64,000 nucleotides of DNA from Schmidtea polychroa. Lineage: Eukaryota. A program made the translations under genes and the position numbers. Below are positions 10,108 to 20,000 of this stretch, one piece after another (position 1 is the stretch's first letter; every line of letters begins with the position of its first letter). Where the stretch lies: assembly GCA_044892525.1 (NCBI GenBank), contig CM097885.1, positions 109,430,001 to 109,494,000 of the forward strand, in the 5' to 3' direction. The notes beneath the pieces are model-generated. The model was given only the letters and a program-made list of their open reading frames with translations, was not told where the DNA came from and did no database searches.

Positions 10108-10545
10108 CAGGCCCCTCGACAGCAGTTCCGGGGCCTAGGCAGAGCACTTCATGGACCACTAAACAATTGTTAATTGTACAACGCATAAAATAGCAGATGA
10201 CGTTTTATTTGACGTAGTGGCCTGTGACCCGTTGGTGTGTTCTATATACACAAATGATACGCATGATTTCAGTTTCAGTAATCATGGTTAGTAAATATAA
10301 CAGTTTTTAATTCCAGCATCGAAAAAACTGAAAACTTTATTTAGTTTATTTTTGAATATTGATACAGATGTTGATCTAACTACTTGTTGATGTTCGTTCA
10401 ATTTATTCTGATGGAATTCAGATATTTGAACTTTACCCTAATTGTGGTTAAGTCAACTGAAGTGTCAGTAATATTATATTTGAATACATAACAAATCGAA
10501 CCCGGGCCACTGGCATTTGCACCCATACCCCTCTCAGTGGGCCTA
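10108..10545. mobile_element. Non-autonomous hAT-type MITE (438 bp)
   Basis: Ends CAGGCCC... / ...GGGCCTA; perfect 8-bp TSD atatcaaa at 10100-10107 and 10546-10553. Confidence 0.8.
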
Positions 10546-10664
10546 ATATCAAAGTGCTGCAAAGGATTAAATTGGATTATTTTATCAGGGAAATTCTATT
10601 TTATATTATTCTATTTCTATTTAATTTTTATTTTGCCATTCTTGTAAGTGTTTAGAATTCGAAC

Positions 10665-11050
10665 TTATATTTTTTTTTCACATATCACACGTTCAAAACA
10701 ATTATCAAACTTTTTTGATAAGATTTTAAAATCAGACATTCCTAATTCTCTCATACAGATTTTATTGTGATCCTTAATATTGGACATTCCCTTCGGTCGA
10801 CAGTGTTCTTGAACTCGAGTACAGAGATGACGGGAAGTCTCTCCAATGTATGTGGCATTACACCCATTATATGTGAATTGATAAACGAGATCCGAACACA
10901 ATCCAACCGGCGTTTGAGATTTACTAACAACCATACTACGTACTTTGCACGATTTTGAAACAATTCTATAATTCAATGTACCCAACTGTTTACCAATCTT
11001 TCTTTTGAAATCTTTATATCCTTCAGAATACGGCAATACCATCGTATATT
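10665..11050 (-). mobile_element. Penelope-like retroelement fragment (GIY-YIG endonuclease)
   Basis: LPYSEG...LVYQFTYNGCNATYIGETSRHLCTRVQEH...DFKIL: the VY...C..C...YIGET.R.L..R..EH motif of Penelope-type GIY-YIG domains. Confidence 0.85.
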
Positions 11051-11254
11051 TTGGCTCATCTTGTTTGTTAGTATCAATATTCATATTCACTACATCATTC
11101 GACATATCAGTCAATTTACATTCATTCATACTAAGATTCTTAGTATTCCAGGAGCTGGGCGTTCTATGTCTACTTGGAAACCTTTAAAAAATTGTTGTGT
11201 GTTTGAACCTGATTTTAGCTACTGCTGTCATTTGTTTAACTATGAATTCCCTCA

Positions 11255-11362
11255 TCGCTACATCTCGTTTAGTATCTTAATGAGGTGTGCAATGCCTTGT
11301 ATCATGTATTCGTCAATGTTTGGCACTATGCCTAAACCTATGCCTAAAATTTTCAGTGTGCA
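11255..11362 (-). mobile_element. Possible non-LTR retrotransposon post-RT fragment
   Basis: GIGLGIVPNIDEYMIQGIAHLIKILNE resembles the GLG...DE......H...LN block that follows the RT in RLE-type non-LTR elements, and the block at about 12080-12145. Confidence 0.35.
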
Positions 11363-11585
11363 TAGATAAAATTGTTGTTAATATTTTGATGTATGTCATG
11401 TTGAAGAATATTAGTTTTATTTGAATTAATTGACTTTTTCGATTTTTCGAAAATTATTTGTGATTCTGTTTGTTTGAATTTGTGATTTTAGATTTAATAA
11501 AAGTTTGTAAAATTTAAAAATAAATTATTTTGCAAATTCTAATTTATAAGTTAAATTTTATAAAATATCTTCAATTCCCTATTAA

Positions 11586-11818
11586 CCCTTTCGCCCCTAT
11601 TGGGACAATACGTCCCAGAAACTTTCATCATGATCCTACTGGGATATTTTCAAATGGTCCATAAAAGCCTATTGGGACTTATTATCCCAGGACTTTCTAG
11701 GATATTCAGAAGCGCCACGATTACAAAAATGAGAATATTTCATATTTAGGTCAATATTAACAAGTTCCAATATATAAATTTAGCATAGTGTCATTAGCGG
11801 AAAGTCGGTGCGAAAGGG
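11586..11818. mobile_element. piggyBac-type MITE (233 bp)
   Basis: TIR CCCTTTCGC(C)CC / GG(T)GCGAAAGGG, flanked by TTAA on both sides (11582-11585 and 11819-11822). Confidence 0.85.
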
Positions 11819-11842
11819 TTAATTACTAGTATTTTTCTAAAA

Positions 11843-12066
11843 ATGGATAGTTATGTTAATATTCAAGATAACATTAGTTTAAATAATGAATTTCAAGATT
11901 ACTGGACAGAGATTATGAATCTCTATTCTAAAAAATTATGGCATCAGATTAGTGTTGATTTGAAAAACCTTTATGATCAACTTATTTCATCATTCGAAAA
12001 TAAAATAAATTCGTTGGCTCTGGCAAGGATTTCTATATTAATTAGTTTCCAGATTTTAGAGAAAGA
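11843..12066 (+). pseudogene. PSMD13: 5' fragment of 26S proteasome lid subunit Rpn9/PSMD13
   Basis: YWTEIMNLYSKKLWHQIS...LYDQLISSFENKINSLALARI matches the PSMD13 N-terminus (W..LEELYTKKLWHQL...[21 protein letters not shown]). It is intronless here, about 15 aa between the two blocks are missing, and it ends at an antisense RT fragment. Confidence 0.75.
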
Positions 12067-12069
12067 AGG

Positions 12070-12565
12070 GCCGTTTCTATCGGGTTTAAAGAGTGAAATG
12101 CATGATCAACATATATTAAAAGAATTTGGTCCCAATCCGGTTGAGACTAAACACGAAAAATGTCATCTAGTGTATCTTTTAATATTCTTTTGATTTTCTG
12201 GTCATATTCTAATTGCTTGGGTCTGTTTTGTACGACTTTGTTCCTATTGCTGTCAAGAATCATGTGATTAATTGTGCAGTTCCTAAAGAAGAATATTAAT
12301 CTAGAGTGGATAAATGTTTTATATGCTTGTATTTTTTGCGCAGGGTGTAAGTCAGAAGTCATTACTTTTGTTGTGTATTCAATTTCTTTAAAAATTGTAT
12401 CGTCAATGTCGTGTTTGTCCTTTTGACCAAAGTCAACTCCTAAGTATTTGTATATGTTATCTTGATCAATGATTGGTATGTTTTCACTATATATTGTTAA
12501 GGGTATCTCTTTGTGGTTTCGTTGAAGTTGGAAGTACCCACATTTAGAGGGTCTGAATTTCATTT
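12070..12565 (-). mobile_element. Non-LTR retrotransposon RT C-terminal fragment (RLE clade, NeSL/R2/R4-like)
   Basis: KFRPSKC...YKYLG...SDLHPAQKIQAYKTFIHSRLIFFFRN: RT domains 6-7 plus the L.P.QK..A.K.F..PRL.F thumb motif; then a frameshifted GLG...VDHAFHSLN. Confidence 0.8.
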
Positions 12566-12665
12566 CTACATATATTAAAATAAAGGGAAATAAAAAATTA
12601 AATTACTTAAATTATTACTCTATAACAGCGTTGAAACATCAATAATTACAGTTTTATTCATTTAA

Positions 12666-12848
12666 CTGAAAATTATACAACTCTGCATTATAAACTATAT
12701 ACACTATAGTGTTGGTTTGGTTCTATCTTCTACTTACACCTTGTTTTTACAAATTCCAAGCAAATCTTGCGAGCTTTGGCGGCTGCAAAATCTGAAAATT
12801 ATACAACTCTGCATTATAAACTATATACACCATAGTGTTGGTTTGGTT
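12666..12848 (+). repeat. 57-bp direct repeat (12666-12722 and 12792-12848, 1 mismatch)
   Basis: ctgaaaattatacaactctgcattataaactatatacac(t/c)atagtgttggtttggtt occurs twice; the second copy marks where the ZMYM1-like fragment breaks off. Confidence 0.85.
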
Positions 12849-14025
12849 ATTCTCCTTGGACAATGGCCATTAGACGTTGAAATACACTATGCCAACGAGC
12901 CTTTTCACTATTTATTAATTTTTGGCTCTGTTTGTCAATTTTACATCGTTTTGTTAGTCTATTTTCCAGCTCAAACCATTCCAAAGTAGATGTCATATGT
13001 CCCTTTGATTTCTCATGATCAGAGAGTCTCACACTGGCATTTTCTTGTCACAAATCCCGTTGGATTCCAGAGCAGACAATGTGTTGCCAAAAAGTTTGCA
13101 ACAGAAACAAAACATTTGTTCTTAGCTGCTGAATATATAATTCATTTTCAGTTGACAACTTCTCCATTTCCCTTATGTCATTTGCAGTAGGTTGTAGAAA
13201 GATTCCGTCTATTGCTATATGCTGGAAAATCTTTTTCATCAATTTTTTTGGCCCATTGCAAATAATTGTAGAACGAGTGTCTGCATTCAAATATTCTGGT
13301 CGAGTTGCTGGATCACTAAAATCATCATTTATCAAACCAACAAAATCTTCTGTTTCTTATTTTGCAGTTGCAGATATCCGTGTTCCTGTAATCTGAGAAG
13401 TATCAACACTTCCAACATCAGAAGTATCGATACTAGACTCTGTGTTATTTTCATAAGTTGCTGAATCCTTGTATTCTTCAGAAGTTGACGATGTTGACGA
13501 ACTTCGATGTTGTTGTACAAGAAATTTATTGAGAGATTGTGTTAATGCCTTAATTATGGGCGTCCGCAAGGGGGGGGGGGCAAGTGGGGGCACTTGCCTC
13601 CCCCGAATTTCCCAAACAATTCTATTTTTCGATTAATTTAAACACATTTTAATAGATGCACTCAAACAATGTTGGAAAAACCCAAGACAAAAAAAAATTT
13701 AATTTAAAGAGGCTTCCTGTTTTTTTTAATGTTATTAATTATATCTGAAAATCAATGATTTCAAATCATCTTATTTGTATAAAAACTTTCAATATTAACT
13801 GACGTTCTGGTTTAAAAAAAAGTGTTCTATTTTATAAAAAAACGAAAAAAAGTCCTATTTTGTCTTAGGCCCCAAATATTTATTATACACATGCCTTTTT
13901 TAACTCTTCTCCCTAGAAAAATTGTCTACTTGGTAAAAATATTTTTGCCCCCTCCCTTGGAATAATTCCTGCGGACGCCCATGGCCTTAATTTGGCTTTC
14001 TTGCGCTGCTTTTTGTTTTTACCTG
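12847..14025 (-). mobile_element. Decayed ZMYM1-like (TTF zinc finger) hAT transposase 5' fragment, interrupted by a MITE
   Basis: Basic start SGKNKKQRKKA, then FSDPA..., then RLSDHEKSKGHMTSTLEWFELENRL...IDKQSQKLINSEKARWHSVFQRLMAIVQ, typical of ZMYM1-like hAT transposases; stops and frameshifts present. Confidence 0.75.
13555..13983. mobile_element. Non-autonomous hAT-type MITE (429 bp)
   Basis: TIR (T/C)ATGGGCGTCCGCA / TGCGGACGCCCATG; perfect 8-bp TSD gccttaat at 13547-13554 and 13984-13991. Confidence 0.92.
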
Positions 14026-14033
14026 AATTAAAT

Positions 14034-14255
14034 TACACACACCATGCTGTTAATCACAAATTGGAATATGTTAACCAAGAAACTGGTGTTCATACCAACA
14101 CTATTGAACGATTATGGGTAATTTAAAAACTGATTTAAGAAGTAGAAGAGGAATGTCATTTACCGAAAAAAATGACTTTTATTGATTTTAAAATGTGGTT
14201 AAGAATGCAAAATACAACAGAAAATCATTTATTAGATTTGATTTATTTATTATTT
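14034..14255 (+). mobile_element. Merlin (IS1595/ISXO2-like) transposase C-terminal fragment
   Basis: YTHHAVNHKLEYVNQETGVHTNTIERLW(fs)GNLKTDLRSRRG: the VNH...V...TG.HTNTIE.LW motif carrying the third catalytic residue (E). Confidence 0.75.
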
Positions 14256-14570
14256 AATTATTTTTTTTGGGATGTGTATAGTAAACCGTCGCCAAATAAA
14301 AAAAACTTTAAAGACTTTCAACAAAATAACAAAATAGCAAATTTATTAAATTTAAGTTAATATTATTTGATTACTTAAATAAATTGAACAATGAACTTTT
14401 TATTACAAAAATTTTAAAATAATCAAATTACAAAATAAAAAAAAGTTATTTCGTGAAAATATACAATAAAATCACGTTATCACACTTTGACTGTCGTCGG
14501 TATCAAAAGAATAAGTATCTGAAACTGAAAATTTAATATTAATATTCTAAATATTTCAATTATAATTTAA

Positions 14571-14928
14571 CTCTTTTGCGACTCCTCTTACACAGGGTTG
14601 GATTTAGACTTTTGTGGGTCTTAGGCAGAGGTAGATTTGAGGCCATTTTTTGCAATTTTTACTTTCTCCCACGGTGAATCGTGCAAAAATTCAATATTTT
14701 ATATTTGAAAATTTGTTTCTGTATTTGGAAATGCAATTTCCATATTTTTTTTAATCATACTATATATATATATATATGACGATTGCTTACTTGGACAATT
14801 AGTTTTAGGGCCCCCAAGAAAGTGGGAACCTAAGGTATATGTTATGTAGCTTATATGTAAATTCTGCACTGCTCGTACACATATGTACCTCTACATTTTA
14901 TGTAAGAAAGAAATACGTTGCCAAAAGG
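14571..14928. mobile_element. Possible tiny piggyBac-type element hosting the 14593-14871 MITE
   Basis: TTAA-CTCTTTTGCGAC ... GTTGCCAAAAGG-TTAA; imperfect TIRs, and only about 71 bp remain once the nested MITE is removed. Confidence 0.35.
14593..14871. mobile_element. Non-autonomous hAT-type MITE (279 bp), older
   Basis: Imperfect TIR CAGGGTTGGATTTA / TAAATTCTGCACTG; TSD ctcttaca / ctcgtaca (7 of 8 match). Confidence 0.65.
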
Positions 14929-15540
14929 TTAATAAAGCCCAAAATTGTTTAATTTTCTAAAAAATAAAATGGTAGCAAAATACCTTATCCTATATTGTCC
15001 TTCCTGAACAATTGAGAGAATAGCAAAAGAGTTGTTGTTTTATACTAATTTGAATTTAAATATTTCGAATAAATATAGTTCATCTATTTGTGTCAATAAT
15101 GATAAAATCACCGAAGTCCTCAAAATACAATCTAACGGAATCATATTTTCACAAATGATGTTAACAATTCCAAAAGTTACAAATTTTTTTCAATACTTGC
15201 ATATGTACAATATTTTTCAAAAATATAATAAATAAAAATTATATTACAATGAAATTTTATAATTTATGAAAACAAAGGCGATCAATGTCACTCATTCAAT
15301 TTGTCACTAATCGATACCTCTGTTACAGAAAATACTTAAGAGTTCTTTATTTGTCCAATATATTTTACTGCTTAGTCACACGTGTTGTAACAACGTAATC
15401 TAGCTTTCTAGATAGTTATTGAAGCCGAAAGGAATAAGCATTTATTTTTATTATTTAAAATTTTGATACTGGAGAAAAGAGTAACCAATCAAAGCAGAAA
15501 GAAATCTTTAAAAAAATTAATACATGTGAACAATAACAAA

Positions 15541-15546
15541 TTTATT
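15541..15546 (-). terminator. Candidate polyadenylation signal AATAAA of the giant-protein gene
   Basis: AATAAA on the minus strand about 75 nt after the stop. The context is AT-rich, so a chance match is likely. Confidence 0.3.
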
Positions 15547-15618
15547 TAAATTTCAATTTAGAGCGATTAAGGCTATATTATAGCAGAAAATTAAGAAAAA
15601 TATTTATAAATTTACCAT

Positions 15619-15769
15619 TTATTTATTATTTAATTTGTCTCTAGAACTCCTAATAATATTTGCAGTTTCTTCTAACAATTTTTTGGATTTTTGAATATCA
15701 AAATTAGATCTTCTGTATAATGATTGAGTGCTTTGTGACGGGGATAAATTTGTCCTTTGTGATACAGAC
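15619..15769 (-). CDS. Giant-protein gene, terminal exon (RSVSQRTNLSPSQSTQSLYRRSNFDIQKSKKLLEETANIIRSSRDKLNNK-stop)
   Basis: Acceptor TTTCAG at 15771-15770 after a 49-nt intron; 50 in-frame codons ending in TAA at 15621-15619. Confidence 0.8.
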
Positions 15770-15818
15770 CTGAAATAAATACTAGATCAGAAGAAAATTA
15801 TTAAAGCTCTTTTATCAC

Positions 15819-15886
15819 CTAAATGTTTGAAGGGGGGTGATATGTCTTTCTTTGTATTTTCGCCAAATTGAGGCAGGCTGTTTATT
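15819..15886 (-). CDS. Giant-protein gene, tail exon 5 (68 nt; NKQPASIWRKYKERHITPLQTF)
   Basis: Acceptor CCTTATAG at 15888-15887 after a 143-nt AT-rich intron; donor AG|GTGATA at 15819/15818; in frame. Confidence 0.75.
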
Positions 15887-16029
15887 CTATAAGGACATAA
15901 ACAATATGGTAATCATTATATTATTTTTGAACAATAAGATTTTATTATTAAATTAAAAATTATTTAAATTGCAAAACTTAAGTGTTATAAAAATTAAAAG
16001 AACAAATAAAATAAAGAAAAGTATCATAC

Positions 16030-16093
16030 TTCACTGTTTGTCCTATCGAAGGTCACCTTCTCAGTGGAAATTGAAGAAATAGATTTATTATAT
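16030..16093 (-). CDS. Giant-protein gene, tail exon 4 (64 nt; RYNKSISSISTEKVTFDRTNSE)
   Basis: Acceptor TTTAG at 16095-16094 after a 41-nt intron; donor GAA|GTATGA at 16030/16029. Confidence 0.8.
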
Positions 16094-16134
16094 CTAAATT
16101 CAAATAACAAAATATAAAAGGTAAAATAAAATAC

Positions 16135-16786
16135 CTAGAAAGGCGATTTCTAACATCAGAAATACGATTACGATGTTCTTGCAACTGTTTCTCAACATCA
16201 ACACGAGAAAGAGATGCAGAACTTAAAATAACTTCATTTTGCTTTTTTAATAAATCAAGAAAATGAAAAAGTTGAGATGGACCATTAGAATCAGGAAAAG
16301 GAGAAGAGATTCTTGAAGGATCGTTTTTTGAGATAGAAGCATTAGAAGATCGACGACTTGAGAAATAATTACTGAAATTATTCTCGAGAGATTCAAGCCT
16401 CAAATTAGCATTGTCAGTTACATGAAGCAAATGATCATTATCAAAGAAATGATCAGATTCGATTTCAACACGGGCTTGATTTTTGTCAAAAGCTGACGCA
16501 AAAGCGTCCGTTTGACCTTCTAAATATTTCAATTCCATTTCAAAGATATGCATCCAGTTAGAAGGTTTTTTAGAATTCAAATTCAAATTAGATTCTTCAT
16601 CTAAAGGCTGATATTGAGAAGGAAAAAGAGGTAGATCAGAGGAATTAAAATGAGAAAAAACATTGGAATCAGCATAATATCCGATTTCAGAAGATTTTTC
16701 AAAGTCAGAAATTGATTGATCATGTTGAGATTGAAACGAAATAGAAATATCATCGGTCAAATCATCAGAATGACTGTTAACATCAA
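16135..16786 (-). CDS. Giant-protein gene, tail exon 3 (652 nt; Ser/Asp-rich, with a coiled-coil-like LLKKQNE...RISDVRNRLSR segment)
   Basis: Corresponds to ORF 16053..16760. Acceptor TTTCTAG at 16788-16787 and donor AG|GTATTT at 16135/16134. Length is 2+648+2, which keeps the frame. Confidence 0.88.
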
Positions 16787-16825
16787 CTAGAAACGAAATA
16801 ATAAATTAAAATAAATAAAAATTAC

Positions 16826-16867
16826 TTCGAGAACTAGATGGAGAAAAGGAATCTAGTAATTTTCTAT
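16826..16867 (-). CDS. Giant-protein gene, tail exon 2 (42 nt; DRKLLDSFSPSSSR)
   Basis: Acceptor TTTTAG at 16869-16868, with an alternative in-frame AG 6 nt upstream at 16875-16874. Donor A|GTAATT at 16826/16825. The frame is preserved on both sides. Confidence 0.75.
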
Positions 16868-16919
16868 CTAAAACTAAAAAGTAAATAAAGAAAACGGAAG
16901 AAATCAAAAATAAACATAC

Positions 16920-17018
16920 CAATAGGCTGAACAATATTCAAAATATTAGGAGAAGGTTTAGAGTTTGATTCAGGGACAGAACCGACAGAATAATGACGAC
17001 CAAGTAAATGAACCGGAA
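16920..17018 (-). CDS. Giant-protein gene, tail exon 1 (99 nt, phase 1/1; VPVHLLGRHYSVGSVPESNSKPSPNILNIVQPI)
   Basis: Acceptor TTTTTTAG at 17020-17019 and donor G|GTATGT at 16920/16919. In frame with the giant exon across a 39-nt intron. Confidence 0.85.
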
Positions 17019-17057
17019 CTAAAAAAGAATTTAACAAACAAAAATAAAATTATATAC

Positions 17058-20000
17058 CAGAAAATTCAGGAACAATAATTTCTTCAAATTGATGAGGAAA
17101 AATAGAAGGATGATCAAAATTATCGATGGGGAACAATAATGTGGAATCTGGAACAATGGATTCTGAGATATCTTTGCACAATTTCCTTAATCTTTCAGCC
17201 TCTTCTTTATTCAATTCCAATTCCTTCGATTTGCAATCAACCACTTCTTGTAGTTTAGGAAGAACTGATTCCAATAAAGTTTTATTTGCTTTCCATTTGT
17301 TGGATCTTTCTGAGTCTGGCGTTTCATTGATTTTACTTTCAACTTTATCCATAGCCTTTGACAATTTCGATAAATCTTGTCCTTTCAATTTTATTTGATC
17401 ATTCTTTGAATTTTCCACTAATTCTTTCAAGATTGTTTCAATTGGTCGTCGACTATTTTCAATTTCATCATGTCGAGATCTTCTAATTCGTTCCGCAATA
17501 TCAGGAATGCTAGATTGAATTTGTACTGCTTCACATAAAATACCCATCAGAGGCTCATTAACAGTTGCGGTTAGTTTTACGAGATCTTTTCCCTCCGAAA
17601 CTTCTTTCAATAACATTTCTTCTAATTCAATCAGTTTCGATTCACTAATTTCATTTTTCAAAGCATCTTTAGCGACTTTTATTCCATCAAGTAAATTCTC
17701 AACGTCTTTCCTGTTCAATAGTTTCTCTTTATCACCTTCTTCGTCATCAAATAAACATTTAATTGCCTCCAATATTTTGTTACTATCCTCATCGCTATTA
17801 TCTAATCGCTTTTCACTCTTTATGCCTAATGCTTTTAATTGTTCACAAATAGATTTGTCAATTTTCACTTTAGATCCACTTTCTAAAGACCTGTTTAAAT
17901 CGTTTATAATTTCTTCCACAAATCTTCTTTCTTTTTCTCCAGTCTTTGATTTCGGAATCAATGATTTCATAATTTCCAAACTTTCAACTAGTTCTTTGCC
18001 TTTCAAGTTGTTCAATTCACCTTTCTCCAGAGTATCGCATAATAATTTCTGACCACTTTCAAGTCCTACTTTTCGTTCCATAGTTACTTCATCAATAATT
18101 TCGTCAACAATGTCTGCATTTCTAATTACTGTCGAATCTGGTACAATGGATTCTGAGATATCTTTGCACAATTTCCTTAATCTTTCAGCCTCTTCTTTAT
18201 TCAATTCCTTTTCCTTCGATTTGCAATCAATCACTTCTTGTAGTTTAGGAAGAACTGATTCCAATAAAGTTTTATTTGCTTTCCATTCGTTGGATCTTTC
18301 TGAGTCTGGCGTTTCATTGATTTTACTTTCAACTTTATCCATAGCCTTTGACAATTTCGATAAATCTTGTCCTTTCAATTTTATTTGATCATTCTTTGAA
18401 TTTTCCACTAATTCTTTCAAGATTGTTTCAATTGGTCGTCGACTATTTTCAATTTCATCATGTCGAGATCTTCTAATTCGTTCCGCAATATCAGGAATGC
18501 TAGATTGAATTTGTACAGCTTCACATAAAATACCCATCAGAGGCTCATTAACAGTTGCGGTTAGTTTTACGAGATCTTTTCCCTCCGAAACTTCTTTCAA
18601 TAACATTTCTTCTAATTCAATCAGTTTCGATTCACTAATTTCATTTTTCAAAGCATCTTTAGCGACTTTTATTCCATCAAGTAAATTCTCAACGTCTTTC
18701 CTGTTCAATAGTTTCTCTTTATCACCTTCTTCGTCATCAAATAAACATTTAATTGCCTCCAATATTTTGTTACTATCCTCATCGCTATTATCTAATCGCT
18801 TTTCACTCTTTATGCCTAATGCTTTTAATTGTTCACAAATAGATTTGTCAATTTTCACTTTAGATCCACTTTCTAAAGACCTGTTTAAATCGTTTATAAT
18901 TTCTTCCACAAATCTTCTTTCTTTTTCTCCAGTCTTTGATTTCGGAATCAATGATTTCATAATTTCCAAACTTTCAACTAGTTCTTTGCCTTTCAAGTTG
19001 TTCAATTCACCTTTCTCCAGAGCATCGCATAATAATTTCTGACCACTTTCAAGTCCTACTTTTCGTTCCATAGTTACTTCATCAATAATTTCGTCAACAA
19101 TGTCTGCATTTCTAATTACTGTCGAATCTGGTACAATGGATTCTGAGATATCTTTGCACAATTTCCTTAATCTTTCAGCCTCTTCTTTATTCAATTCCAA
19201 TTCCTTCGATTTGCAATCAATCACTTCTTGTAGTTTAGGAAGAACTGATTCCAATAGAGTTTTATTTGCTTTCCATTCGTTGGATCTTTCTGAGTCTGGC
19301 GTTTCATTGATTTTACTTTCAACTTTATCCATAGCCTTTGACAATTTCGATAAATCTTGTCCTTTCAATTTTATTTGATCATTCTTTGAATTTTCCACTA
19401 ATTCTTTCAAGATTGTTTCAATTGGTCGTCGACTATTTTCAATTTCATCATGTCGAGATCTTCTAATTCGTTCCGCAATATCAGGAATGCTAGATTGAAT
19501 TTGTACAGCTTCACATAAAATACCCATCAGAGGCTCATTAACAGTTGCGGTTAGTTTTACGAGATCTTTTCCCTCCGAAACTTCTTTCAATAACATTTCT
19601 TCTAATTCAATCAGTTTCGATTCACTAATTTCATTTTTCAAAGCATCTTTAGCGACTTTTATTCCATCAAGTAAATTCTCAACGTCTTTCCTGTTCAATA
19701 GTTTCTCTTTATCACCTTCTTCGTCATCAAATAAACATTTAATTGCCTCCAATATTTTGTTACTATCCTCATCGCTATTATCTAATCGCTTTTCACTCTT
19801 TATGCCTAATGCTTTTAATTGTTCACAAATAGATTTGTCAATTTTCACTTTAGATCCACTTTCTAAAGACCTGTTTAAATCGTTTATAATTTCTTCCACA
19901 AATCTTCTTTCTTTTTCTCCAGTCTTTGATTTCGGAATCAATGATTTCATAATTTCCAAACTTTCAACTAGTTCTTTGCCTTTCAAGTTGTTCAATTCAC

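Noticed and set aside
15032-15235. 67-aa ORF, and similar short ORFs at 12717, 12990, 13175, 13219 and 10767
   Set aside because: These have low-complexity AT-rich composition or are antisense to transposon fragments, with no recognisable motifs.
17050-17052. Apparent stop codon of the giant ORF
   Set aside because: It lies inside a 39-nt GT-AG intron; splicing continues the frame through six more exons.
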